NCBI GenBank assembly: GCA_017616855.1
Contig: JAFZXI010000064.1
Coordinates: 1 to 52,194, forward strand
Origin: Clostridia bacterium
GTDB lineage: Bacteria; Bacillota; Clostridia; Oscillospirales; RGIG8002
Direction: 5' to 3'
Length of the DNA stretch: 52,194 nt
The notes beneath the pieces are model-generated. The model worked only from the letters and a program-made list of their open reading frames with translations, ran no database searches and was not told where the DNA came from. Positions 8,530 to 16,395 of the stretch are shown here, piece after piece. Numbering within the stretch: position 1 is the stretch's first letter; the number at the start of each line of letters is the position of its first letter. A program made the position numbers and the translations under genes.

Positions 8530-9381
8530 ATGGAATACCGCGTTATTGACGACGAATACGTTTCAAGGTTCATAGTGCAGCGTCCGGAAGCGGCTAACAA
8601 GTACGATTTCGGCTACGTTCTTTGCGTCTGCGGAAGCAGAGGAATGCACGGCGCCGCCGTAATGGCCGCCACCGCGGCGCTTCGCAGCGGGGCGGGTATA
8701 GTTACCGTTGCCGTTCCGAGCGAGATTGAAGCCGCGATGTACCCTTGTTTTACGGAAGTTATGGTACGCGGCTATGATAAGCCCGAAGACCTTGACCGTC
8801 TTCTCGAAAAATCCGACGTATGCATACTCGGGTGCGGTATCGGCAAGTCTGACCTTTCGTCGGAAGTAGTGAGATATATTCTCGCGAATTACGACAAGCG
8901 TATAGTTCTCGACGCCGACGGCATAAATATCCTTGCGCGCGACATAGATATTATCAAGGATACCAAGGCAACCGTAATAATGACTCCGCACGTCGGGGAG
9001 ATGGCGCGGCTCAGCGGTATGACGTCGGAAGAAGTCGAAGATGACCGCGAGATTGTCGCCTCCGGCATGGCGAGGGAACTTAACGCGGTCGTGGTGCTGA
9101 AAGGCGCGCAAACCGTTATCGCTTCCCCGCACGCGAAGGGGACTATTTACGTCAATCACAGCGGCAATCCCGGCATGGCGACCGCGGGAAGCGGCGACGT
9201 GCTCGCCGGTATAACCGGAGCGCTTGCCGCCGTCATAAAGGAACCGCACCGCGCTGCCGCCTGCGCCGTCTATATTCACGGCGTTGCCGGTGATCTTGCC
9301 GCAGACGAACTTTCTATGACCGGCATGACCGCGCGTGACATTATTGACAGACTGCCGAAGGTGTTCAAAAGCTTTGAGTAA
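8530..9381 (+). CDS. nnrD: ADP-dependent NAD(P)H-hydrate dehydratase
   Basis: GAAVMAA.AALRSGAG, LDADG, TPHVGE, LKG, MATAGSGDVLAG; dehydratase domain only. Confidence 0.9.
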   Translation: MEYRVIDDEYVSRFIVQRPEAANKYDFGYVLCVCGSRGMHGAAVMAATAALRSGAGIVTVAVPSEIEAAMYPCFTEVMVRGYDKPEDLDRLLEKSDVCILGCGIGKSDLSSEVVRYILANYDKRIVLDADGINILARDIDIIKDTKATVIMTPHVGEMARLSGMTSEEVEDDREIVASGMARELNAVVVLKGAQTVIASPHAKGTIYVNHSGNPGMATAGSGDVLAGITGALAAVIKEPHRAAACAVYIHGVAGDLAADELSMTGMTARDIIDRLPKVFKSFE

Positions 9382-9396
9382 AGGGGAGACCCCCAC

Positions 9397-9873
9397 TTGC
9401 GAAGAGTGCTTGCTTCTGTCGTTTTTGCTTTTCTGCTGTTAGCCGCGGGCTGTAAAAAGAACGTCGATATTATCAGTTATCTTTCGATGCCTTTCGAGAG
9501 CCGGGCGAAGCTGACAATCGAATCGTCGGAATACTATGTTAACGTACAAAAAGGCGGCGCGAACCTCGTTTCCGTGACTGTCGTTTCGCCCGAAGCGCTC
9601 GCGGGGCTTACCGTTTCGCTCGGCGAACAAAGCGAGCTTACGTTTAACGGCGTTGCCTGCTCCGAAGGAATGCCGTTCACGGCAGCGGAACTTATTTGCG
9701 AGGCGTTCGACGCGCGCAACGTCGTTTCCTCCGTTTCCGACGGCGAAACGACGGAAGTGTATTTCGCGGCTTCGGCTGTTGCGGGAAAACTGCGGCTCGA
9801 CGCTTTTTCCGCCGTGCCGCTCTCTCTTGAGGCGGACGGCATATATATGGAGTTTACCGATTTCAAGCGATAA
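9397..9873 (+). CDS. Putative lipoprotein (LolA/YdcC/GerS-like by position)
   Basis: Signal peptide with lipobox LAAGC; beta-rich; lies between nnrD and alr. Confidence 0.6.
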   Translation: MRRVLASVVFAFLLLAAGCKKNVDIISYLSMPFESRAKLTIESSEYYVNVQKGGANLVSVTVVSPEALAGLTVSLGEQSELTFNGVACSEGMPFTAAELICEAFDARNVVSSVSDGETTEVYFAASAVAGKLRLDAFSAVPLSLEADGIYMEFTDFKR

Positions 9874-9879
9874 GGGTGT

Positions 9880-11034
9880 GTGAACAATTTGGAGCAATAT
9901 CTGAAGCGTACATGGGCGGAGGTCGACCTTGACGCCATAGCACACAATTATAATATGATCAGGAAGGCGGCAGGCGACGCCGAATGCATGTGCATCGTGA
10001 AGGCGGACGCCTACGGCCACGGCGCGATTCCTGTCGCAAGGCAGCTTTTCGACTGCGGAGCGCGTTTCTTTGCCGTCTCAAATATCGAGGAGGCGCTCCA
10101 GCTTCGCGACGGGGGCATTTCCGGCGGGATACTTATCCTCGGTTACACGCCGCCGGAGTTCGCGGACGTGCTGTATATAAACGATATTTCTCAGACTGTT
10201 TTCTCCGTTTCGGGCGCCCGTCAGCTCGCCGAGGCCGCGCACGGCAGGACGATAAAAGTTCATATCAAGCTCGACACCGGTATGTCGCGCCTCGGACTGA
10301 ACGGCGGCGCCGACGAAATGACGGAGCAGGCGCTCGCGATCTGCGGTATAAAAGGGCTTCGCGTCGAAGGACTTTTCACGCACTTCGCGAGAGCGGACGA
10401 AAAGAATGACGAAGCGACGAAAGCGCAGTTCGATTTGTTTTCCGAGGTCGCGGAGCGGCTTGCCGCCGCAGGCGTGAAAATCAAGTTCAGGCACTGCTGC
10501 AACTCCGCAGGCCTGCTTGCTTATCCGCAATACCTGCTTAATATGTGCCGCCCGGGACTTATTCTTTACGGGCTTTCACCCTTCGGCGGCGAATACGGCA
10601 TCCCGGCGATGACGCTTAAAACCGTCGTTTCGCAGATAAAGACGATCCCGGCAGGCACGCCGATAAGTTACGGCGGTAGGTACGTTACCGAGCGCGAAAG
10701 CCGTATTGCCGTGCTTCCCGTCGGATACGCGGACGGCTTTGCGCGTCTGCTTTCAGGCAAAGCACAGGTGCTTATCAACGGCGAGCGTGTGAATACAGTC
10801 GGCAATATCTGTATGGATATGACGATGGCGGACATCACTGGCAAGAACGTCAGCGAAGGCGACGTTGCCGTTATTATCGGCAGCGACGGCGGCGACATGA
10901 TCACCGCGGAGGATATCGCCAAGCTGACCGGCACGATACCTTACGAGGTGATTTCGCTTATCGGAAAGCGCGTTCCGCGCGTTTTCATCAGAAACGGCGA
11001 AATCGTAGGCAGCACGGGGCTCCTCGAACATTAA
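9880..11034 (+). CDS. alr: Alanine racemase
   Basis: VKADAYGHG PLP lysine, DTGMSRLG, THFA, ISYG, GYADG, ICMD, TIPYE. Confidence 0.96.
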   Translation: MNNLEQYLKRTWAEVDLDAIAHNYNMIRKAAGDAECMCIVKADAYGHGAIPVARQLFDCGARFFAVSNIEEALQLRDGGISGGILILGYTPPEFADVLYINDISQTVFSVSGARQLAEAAHGRTIKVHIKLDTGMSRLGLNGGADEMTEQALAICGIKGLRVEGLFTHFARADEKNDEATKAQFDLFSEVAERLAAAGVKIKFRHCCNSAGLLAYPQYLLNMCRPGLILYGLSPFGGEYGIPAMTLKTVVSQIKTIPAGTPISYGGRYVTERESRIAVLPVGYADGFARLLSGKAQVLINGERVNTVGNICMDMTMADITGKNVSEGDVAVIIGSDGGDMITAEDIAKLTGTIPYEVISLIGKRVPRVFIRNGEIVGSTGLLEH

Positions 11035-11091
11035 CAACAGAATACGTCTCCGAATAAACTGATACGGGAGCGGAAAATATTTCGTATCATT

Positions 11092-11121
11092 GTTTAATCG
11101 TGTCGGCGAATGGCAAGAATA
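11092..11121 (+). promoter_or_regulatory. SigF-like promoter upstream of mazF
   Basis: GTTTA-N15-GGCAAGAATA fits the SigF pattern (GYWTA-N15-GGnnAnAnTA). Confidence 0.55.
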
Positions 11122-11162
11122 ATGATGACAGCCGCTGATTCGATAAACGGAGATGAACTGCA

Positions 11163-11504
11163 TTGAATGTTTTAAGAGGGGATATATACTACGCGGACCT
11201 AAGTCCCGTCGTCGGCTCGGAGCAGGGCGGTATGCGTCCGGTGCTCATCGTGCAGAACGACGTCGGCAATAAATACAGCCCGACGGTCATCGCCGCGGCA
11301 ATTACCTCCCAGACCGGCAAAGCGCGTTTGCCTACTCACATTCCGCTTTCCGCGTCAAACTGCGGACTTGAGAAGGATTCCGTGGTGCTGCTCGAGCAGG
11401 TCAGGACCATCGATAAGCAGCGTTTGCGCGAGCGAATGGGGCACATAGGGGACGAATCCATGCACAGAGTCAACGAGGCGCTGTCAATCAGCTTCGGACT
11501 TTGA
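11163..11504 (+). CDS. mazF: PemK/MazF family endoribonuclease toxin (NdoA-like)
   Basis: RGDIYYADLSPVVGSEQGGMRPVLIVQNDVGNKYSPT, LLEQVRTIDK.RL. Confidence 0.95.
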   Translation: MNVLRGDIYYADLSPVVGSEQGGMRPVLIVQNDVGNKYSPTVIAAAITSQTGKARLPTHIPLSASNCGLEKDSVVLLEQVRTIDKQRLRERMGHIGDESMHRVNEALSISFGL

Positions 11505-11857
11505 CTCGGACCGTTTCCGCGATATTATCCGAAAAAACAACGGAGTTTTTTGCGGCATTTTGTGCCGTGAAAAGCTCCGTTTTTCAGTGAAATGTATAAT
11601 GTGTATAAGGTACCTGTTCGGGAGTGTAAACAAAGAGTAGAAAAAATTTTTTTCGACAAAAAACCACATGTTGATGAAATGCGAGTTTTTCACATTTTCC
11701 ACCGAGTTTTCAACAGCCCGAGGCCGAAATCGGTATCCGATTTGTATAATTCTACCGTTTATTCCGCCGGCAGAATGAATAAAAACCGCCGATTTCACCT
11801 AAGGAAAATATCAAAGGCGCTGCGTCGCGGTTTTCGGTGTATAATTATAAATCCATT

Positions 11858-11899
11858 AAAAAAGCCGACGGAAAAGCAAGTTTCCGTCGGCGGTTTTTT
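11858..11899. terminator. Bidirectional intrinsic terminator
   Basis: A6-GCCGACGGAAA/TTTCCGTCGGC stem-T6. Confidence 0.85.
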
Positions 11900-11904
11900 G
11901 TGCT

Positions 11905-13662
11905 TCAGTCCTCTTTTATCAGCGCGATGTGGACGTCGGTGAGCTGCTTCGGATCGACTGTCGAAGGGGCGCCCATCATGAGGTCCTGCGCGTTCTTGTT
12001 CATCGGGAAGGGGATGACCTCGCGGATTGAATCCTCGCCCGCGAGCAGCATCACCATACGGTCGACGCCGGGGGCGATACCCGCGTGCGGCGGCGCTCCA
12101 TAGCAGAAGGCGCCGTACATAGCAGGGAACTTGGCGCGTACATCTTCTTCGCCGAGTCCGACGATGCTGAAGGCCTTAATCATCAGCTCGGGATCGTGGT
12201 TTCTGACCGCGCCGGAGCTGAGCTCAACGCCGTTGCATACGAGGTCGTACTGATAGGCGAAGATGTCAAGCGGATCCTTTTCTTCGAGCGCCTGCATGCC
12301 GCCCTGCGGCATCGAGAAGGGGTTGTGGCAGAACTCGAGCTCGCCGGATTCCTCGCCGATCTCGTACATCGGGAAATCGACAATCCAACAGAACTCATAG
12401 CGTTCCTTATCCATGTGTCCGGGCACGGAAGCGCCGAGCAGGCGGCGAAGCACGCCCGCGGTCTTCTGCGCGGCGTTCTTCTTGCCGGCGGCAAGCGCGA
12501 TGAAGCTGTTGGGCTTGAGTCCGAGTTTCGCGACGACGGCGTCCTTGCGGTCGAGCAGGAACTTGGAGATGCCGCCGACAAGCTCGCCGTTTTCGTCGAG
12601 ACGGAACCAGCACGCTTTGTTGCCGGAAATGACTTCCGTATCTGCGATGAGCTTATCTATAAACTTGCGCGTTTCCGCGAAGTCGTGAACGACGACGCAG
12701 CGCACCTCGGCGCCCTCAAAGGGCCCGAAGCCGCAGCCCTGCATTTCGGCGGTAACGTCGCTGACTTCAAGATCAATGCGAAGGTCGGGCTTGTCCGTGC
12801 CGTATTTCTCCATTGCGTCGAGATAGGCGATACGCTTGAACGGCGCGGACGAGGCGACGTTGTACTTGCCGAATTTCGCGAATATCGGCGGCAGCACGTC
12901 CTCGAGAACGGCGAAAACGTCGTCCTGCGTAGCAAACGACATTTCCATATCGAGCTGATAGAACTCGCCGGGGCTTCTGTCGGCTCTGGCGTCTTCATCG
13001 CGGAAGCAGGGGGCGATCTGGAAATATCTGTCGAAGCCGGACGCCATAAGCAGCTGCTTGAACTGCTGCGGCGCCTGCGGCAGCGCGTAAAACTTGCCGG
13101 GATGGTTGCGCGACGGCACAAGGTAGTCGCGCGCGCCCTCCGGCGAGGAGCTGGTCAGTATAGGCGTCGTGATCTCGAGGAAGCCGTGTTCGATCATCGA
13201 GGCGCGCAGGGCGGCGACGATGTTGCTTCTGAGCACGATGTTGCTCTTGACTTCGGGATTGCGAAGGTCGAGATATCTGTATTTAAGACGGGCGTTCTCG
13301 TCCGCCTCGCGGGATTTGTTTATCTCAAAGGGCAGGGAATTGAAGCGGCATTTGCCGAGCACTTCGACCTTGTCCGGAACGACTTCGATATCACCGGTCG
13401 CCTGCTTCGGATTCTTCGACTGGCGCTCGCGGACGACGCCCGTGACGGTGATCGTTGACTCCTTGTTGATTTCCTTGAACGCCGCCATCATTTCCGCGGA
13501 CTCGGCAACGAGCTGCGTCGTGCCGTAGAAGTCGCGCAGCACGATGAAAGCGAAGTTTGAGCCAACCTCGCGGACGTTTTCCATCCAACCGCAGAGCGTA
13601 ACTGTCTTTCCGGCGTCGGAAAGGCGGAGCTCGCCGCAGTTATGCGTTCTTGACTGGAACAT
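11905..13662 (-). CDS. aspS: Aspartate--tRNA ligase
   Basis: RTHNCGEL, RLKYRYLDLR, PEGARDYLVPSR, LPQAPQQFKQLLM, CFRDED, YGTDKPDLR, PPHAGIAPGVDR. Confidence 0.97.
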   Translation of the reverse strand: MFQSRTHNCGELRLSDAGKTVTLCGWMENVREVGSNFAFIVLRDFYGTTQLVAESAEMMAAFKEINKESTITVTGVVRERQSKNPKQATGDIEVVPDKVEVLGKCRFNSLPFEINKSREADENARLKYRYLDLRNPEVKSNIVLRSNIVAALRASMIEHGFLEITTPILTSSSPEGARDYLVPSRNHPGKFYALPQAPQQFKQLLMASGFDRYFQIAPCFRDEDARADRSPGEFYQLDMEMSFATQDDVFAVLEDVLPPIFAKFGKYNVASSAPFKRIAYLDAMEKYGTDKPDLRIDLEVSDVTAEMQGCGFGPFEGAEVRCVVVHDFAETRKFIDKLIADTEVISGNKACWFRLDENGELVGGISKFLLDRKDAVVAKLGLKPNSFIALAAGKKNAAQKTAGVLRRLLGASVPGHMDKERYEFCWIVDFPMYEIGEESGELEFCHNPFSMPQGGMQALEEKDPLDIFAYQYDLVCNGVELSSGAVRNHDPELMIKAFSIVGLGEEDVRAKFPAMYGAFCYGAPPHAGIAPGVDRMVMLLAGEDSIREVIPFPMNKNAQDLMMGAPSTVDPKQLTDVHIALIKED

Positions 13663-13809
13663 ATCTATCCCTCTTCCGTTTTTTCTTTAACCTTGTTATT
13701 TTCTCACATTTGCCGCGGATTGTCAATAGAAAGAGTCAATTTTACATAATCGTAGACAAGCCGGGAAAAGTATGTTATAATGCGAATAATAAATCAAAGG
13801 AGAACGAAT

Positions 13810-14124
13810 ATGGCTGAATTGAAAATAACCGCCGGCAATTTCAACGCTGAGGTAATCGGCTCGGAATTGCCCGTCCTGCTTGACTTCTGGGCTTCGTGGT
13901 GCGGTCCCTGCCGCATGCTCGGACCTGTCATCAGCGAGCTTGCCGAGGAATACGAAGGCAAAATGAAAGTCGGCAAGGTCAACGTCGATGACGAGCCGGA
14001 GCTCGCCGGCAGATTCGGCGTCAGCAGCATCCCGACGGTCGTGCTGATAAAAGAGGGGAGAGTTGTCGCGGCTTCGATAGGGTATAAGCCGAAGGAAGAA
14101 CTTGTCAAAGCGCTCGGAATATAG
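13810..14124 (+). CDS. trxA: Thioredoxin
   Basis: DFWASWCGPC, SIPT; start at ATG 13810 after AAGGAG. Confidence 0.95.
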   Translation: MAELKITAGNFNAEVIGSELPVLLDFWASWCGPCRMLGPVISELAEEYEGKMKVGKVNVDDEPELAGRFGVSSIPTVVLIKEGRVVAASIGYKPKEELVKALGI

Positions 14125-14136
14125 AATATAATAAAC

Positions 14137-14165
14137 CAACGACCTCCGGCTGCCGGAGGTCGTTG
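14137..14165. terminator. Hairpin between convergent trxA and the FlaR-like gene
   Basis: CAACGACCTCCGG-N3-CCGGAGGTCGTTG 13-bp stem. Confidence 0.7.
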
Positions 14166-14181
14166 CGGTATTAAAACGGAA

Positions 14182-14643
14182 TTATTGTTCCGTAACTTTT
14201 TCGTTGTATTCGGAAAGTAAGCTCCTTATCTCGGCCATATTCACGGTGTTGTACTTATCCGCCCATTTAAGAAGCGCACGTACTGATTTTACGCTCTCTT
14301 TTTTGCCTTTTTCCATGCCGAGTTTTCTTCTGAAATACCTGCGTATTATCCTGCACCTGTATTTGCATCTCGGAACGCTCAGTAAATAGATTATATCGGC
14401 GTCGTCGAAAGATTGTTTGCACCATGCGTAATAAACGCCTTCGATAATCCAACCGTCGCGCTTCAGAATGTCGTTAAGAAGTGCCTCGCGCTCGTGAGGA
14501 TCGCGCTTTTTCCCGTAATGATTCGAAGCGTTGTCCCATTGGATATCGTCAAGGTCGTAATGGGGTATTCCGTATTCTTTTGAGAGCTTTTCGGCAAGGA
14601 AAGTCTTTCCGCTGCCGGGCCCGCCGATAATACGTATTTTCAA
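14182..14643 (-). CDS. FlaR/adenylate-kinase-like P-loop protein (DNA topology modulation protein family)
   Basis: KIRIIGGPGSGKT, DLDDIQW, WIIEGVY, ADIIY; TTG start with GAGG RBS. Confidence 0.8.
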   Translation of the reverse strand: MKIRIIGGPGSGKTFLAEKLSKEYGIPHYDLDDIQWDNASNHYGKKRDPHEREALLNDILKRDGWIIEGVYYAWCKQSFDDADIIYLLSVPRCKYRCRIIRRYFRRKLGMEKGKKESVKSVRALLKWADKYNTVNMAEIRSLLSEYNEKVTEQ

Positions 14644-14683
14644 TCGCTTATCCTCACTTTGTTAGCCGAAGGGCACATTATTC

Positions 14684-14715
14684 AAAAAAGCACTTGCGAC
14701 TGCAAGTGCTTTTTT
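14684..14715. terminator. Intrinsic terminator downstream of tRNA-Leu
   Basis: AAAAAAGCACTTGC-N4-GCAAGTGCTTTTTT. Confidence 0.85.
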
Positions 14716-14717
14716 GA

Positions 14718-14804
14718 TGGTGCGGTCGGGGGGACTTGAACCCCCACGAGATTGCTCTCACTAGCCCCTCAAGCTAGCGCGTCTGCCTATTCCGCCACGA
14801 CCGC
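14718..14804 (-). tRNA. tRNA-Leu(GAG)
   Basis: 87 nt GCGGTCGTGGCGGAATAGGCAGACGCG...CTAGC-TTGAGGG-GCTAG, long variable arm, GTTCAAGTC T-loop, encoded CCA. Confidence 0.95.
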
Positions 14805-14815
14805 GTGCAAGAGGT

Positions 14816-14844
14816 ATTATAATCGAATACCCCCGACTTGTCAA
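14816..14844 (-). promoter_or_regulatory. Consensus SigA promoter of tRNA-Leu
   Basis: TTGACA-N17-TATAAT exact. Confidence 0.85.
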
Positions 14845-14872
14845 CACTTTATTTGAGATTTTTTGAAAAAAA

Positions 14873-15637
14873 CTAATCGAGTATATTCAGGTGCTTTTTC
14901 AATATGCCGTTTGCGGTTTCAAAGCACGCGATGCAGAGCAGCAGGAAAAACGCCGCTCCGAAAACGCCGTAGTCGTTAAGCGTCTGCAAAACGCCGCCGT
15001 CGACGAATGAAAACACCTTTTCGATCGGGTTGAAATACAGCGCGAGATAAAACGATCCGCCGAGGACGGCGAAGACTCCGACGCCGCAGAGCAGGGAAGC
15101 GGCTATGCGCTCCTTGCGGAAAAGATGCCCGAGCGCGACGGAGAGATAAAGCCCCGATATTACCATCGCGGCGAGAATCAGCATCAGCACCGCCGCCATA
15201 AAGTTGTACCAGAAGCCGAAGTCCGACTTGAAAAAAACCGTAACGACCGGAGGCAGCTGCGCGCGGTAAAGCCAGTATGCGAAAACGCAGAAGCCCGCGT
15301 TCAGCACGCTCCACATCATGGCGCAGGCGAAACGCGCGGTAAGCTGCTGACGTATCGTCGCGGGGAGCGACATCGTTACTGCGCCGTTCTCTCCGAGCAT
15401 GGATTTATAAACGCGCATAGTGATGACATACAACGTCAGAAAGACGCCGAGAATTATAATGATATCATTCGTTATGCTGACAAAGTTGATTATCGTCTGC
15501 ATAATCGTGCTTTCCGAGTTTCCAGCGAACGCGTTGAGTATGCGGCCTGCTCCTGCGGCTGCGACAACGGCAGCGTAAAGCGGGAGCATAGTGCGCCAGG
15601 TGGCGAGCAGTTCCCGCTTGAATAGATTTTTCAGCAT
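14873..15637 (-). CDS. ABC-2-type transporter permease (about 6 TM)
   Basis: Hydrophobic helices; YKSMLGENG..TMSLP motif; overlaps the ATPase gene. Confidence 0.8.
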   Translation of the reverse strand: MLKNLFKRELLATWRTMLPLYAAVVAAAGAGRILNAFAGNSESTIMQTIINFVSITNDIIIILGVFLTLYVITMRVYKSMLGENGAVTMSLPATIRQQLTARFACAMMWSVLNAGFCVFAYWLYRAQLPPVVTVFFKSDFGFWYNFMAAVLMLILAAMVISGLYLSVALGHLFRKERIAASLLCGVGVFAVLGGSFYLALYFNPIEKVFSFVDGGVLQTLNDYGVFGAAFFLLLCIACFETANGILKKHLNILD

Positions 15638-16338
15638 TTGAACTCCTCCCTGAATATCGCGTCCAAGGATTTGCCTCTCTCGGACCGGAGGTTTTCCGCG
15701 TCTTCGAAAAGCGTTACCCTGCCGTTTGAAATGAAGGCGGCGTCCTGCAAAACGCGCTCGACGTCGGAGGCCGAGCCGGCCGTAATGATTACGGTGCTGC
15801 CGTCGGGCCTGTTCGCGAAGACGGTGTTGAAAACGTAGTCGCGTGTCGCCGGGTCCAGCCCGCCGATCGGCTCGTCAAGAAGGAAAAGCTTGGCGCGCCG
15901 GCTCATCGTCAGCGCGATGCCCAGCTTTTCAAGCGCGCCTCTCGACATTTCTTTCAGTTTTTCTTTATGCTCGATTCCGAGATCGGAGAGCATACTCAAT
16001 GCTTTTTCGCAATCAAAATCGGCGTAGAAATCGCGATACAAACGGAACGCGTCTCCGGCGGACGCCCAGTCCTCAAAGGCGTTTGCGCCGCCGAGAAATG
16101 CGGTGAACTTTTTGGTGTTGACGCCCGGCGCGACGCCGTCTATCCTGATTTCTCCGGAGTCGGGCGTAAGCAAACCGGCGGCGAGTTTGAGAAACGTTGT
16201 TTTTCCGCTGTCTTTCGGTCCGAGCAGGCCGACAACGCGCCCCGGTTCGACGGAAACAGAAAGGCCGTCGATTGCGGGCGTTTTACCGTATGTCTTTGTA
16301 AGGTCTTTGCATTCGAGTATATGGGACACGTTCTTCAC
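15631..16338 (-). CDS. ABC transporter ATP-binding protein with degenerate motifs
   Basis: GLLGPKDSGKTT, MSRG, LLDEPIGGLD; H-loop reads ITAG. Confidence 0.85.
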   Translation of the reverse strand: MKNVSHILECKDLTKTYGKTPAIDGLSVSVEPGRVVGLLGPKDSGKTTFLKLAAGLLTPDSGEIRIDGVAPGVNTKKFTAFLGGANAFEDWASAGDAFRLYRDFYADFDCEKALSMLSDLGIEHKEKLKEMSRGALEKLGIALTMSRRAKLFLLDEPIGGLDPATRDYVFNTVFANRPDGSTVIITAGSASDVERVLQDAAFISNGRVTLFEDAENLRSERGKSLDAIFREEFKC

Positions 16339-16395
16339 CTCTCAGTGCCTGATTAAAAAGCCGCAGCCGTCGGGAAGGCGGCCGCGGCGTAAGGA

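Noticed and set aside
11484-11942. 104-aa and 116-aa ORFs as a MazF antitoxin
   Set aside because: No RHH/AbrB features, no clear RBS, composition typical of non-coding AT-rich DNA, and one crosses a terminator
12085-13458. 457-aa antisense ORF opposite aspS
   Set aside because: Same shadow-ORF effect on a strongly biased gene
13663-13809. T-box leader for aspS
   Set aside because: The 147-bp gap is shared with the trxA promoter; too short and no T-box motif seen
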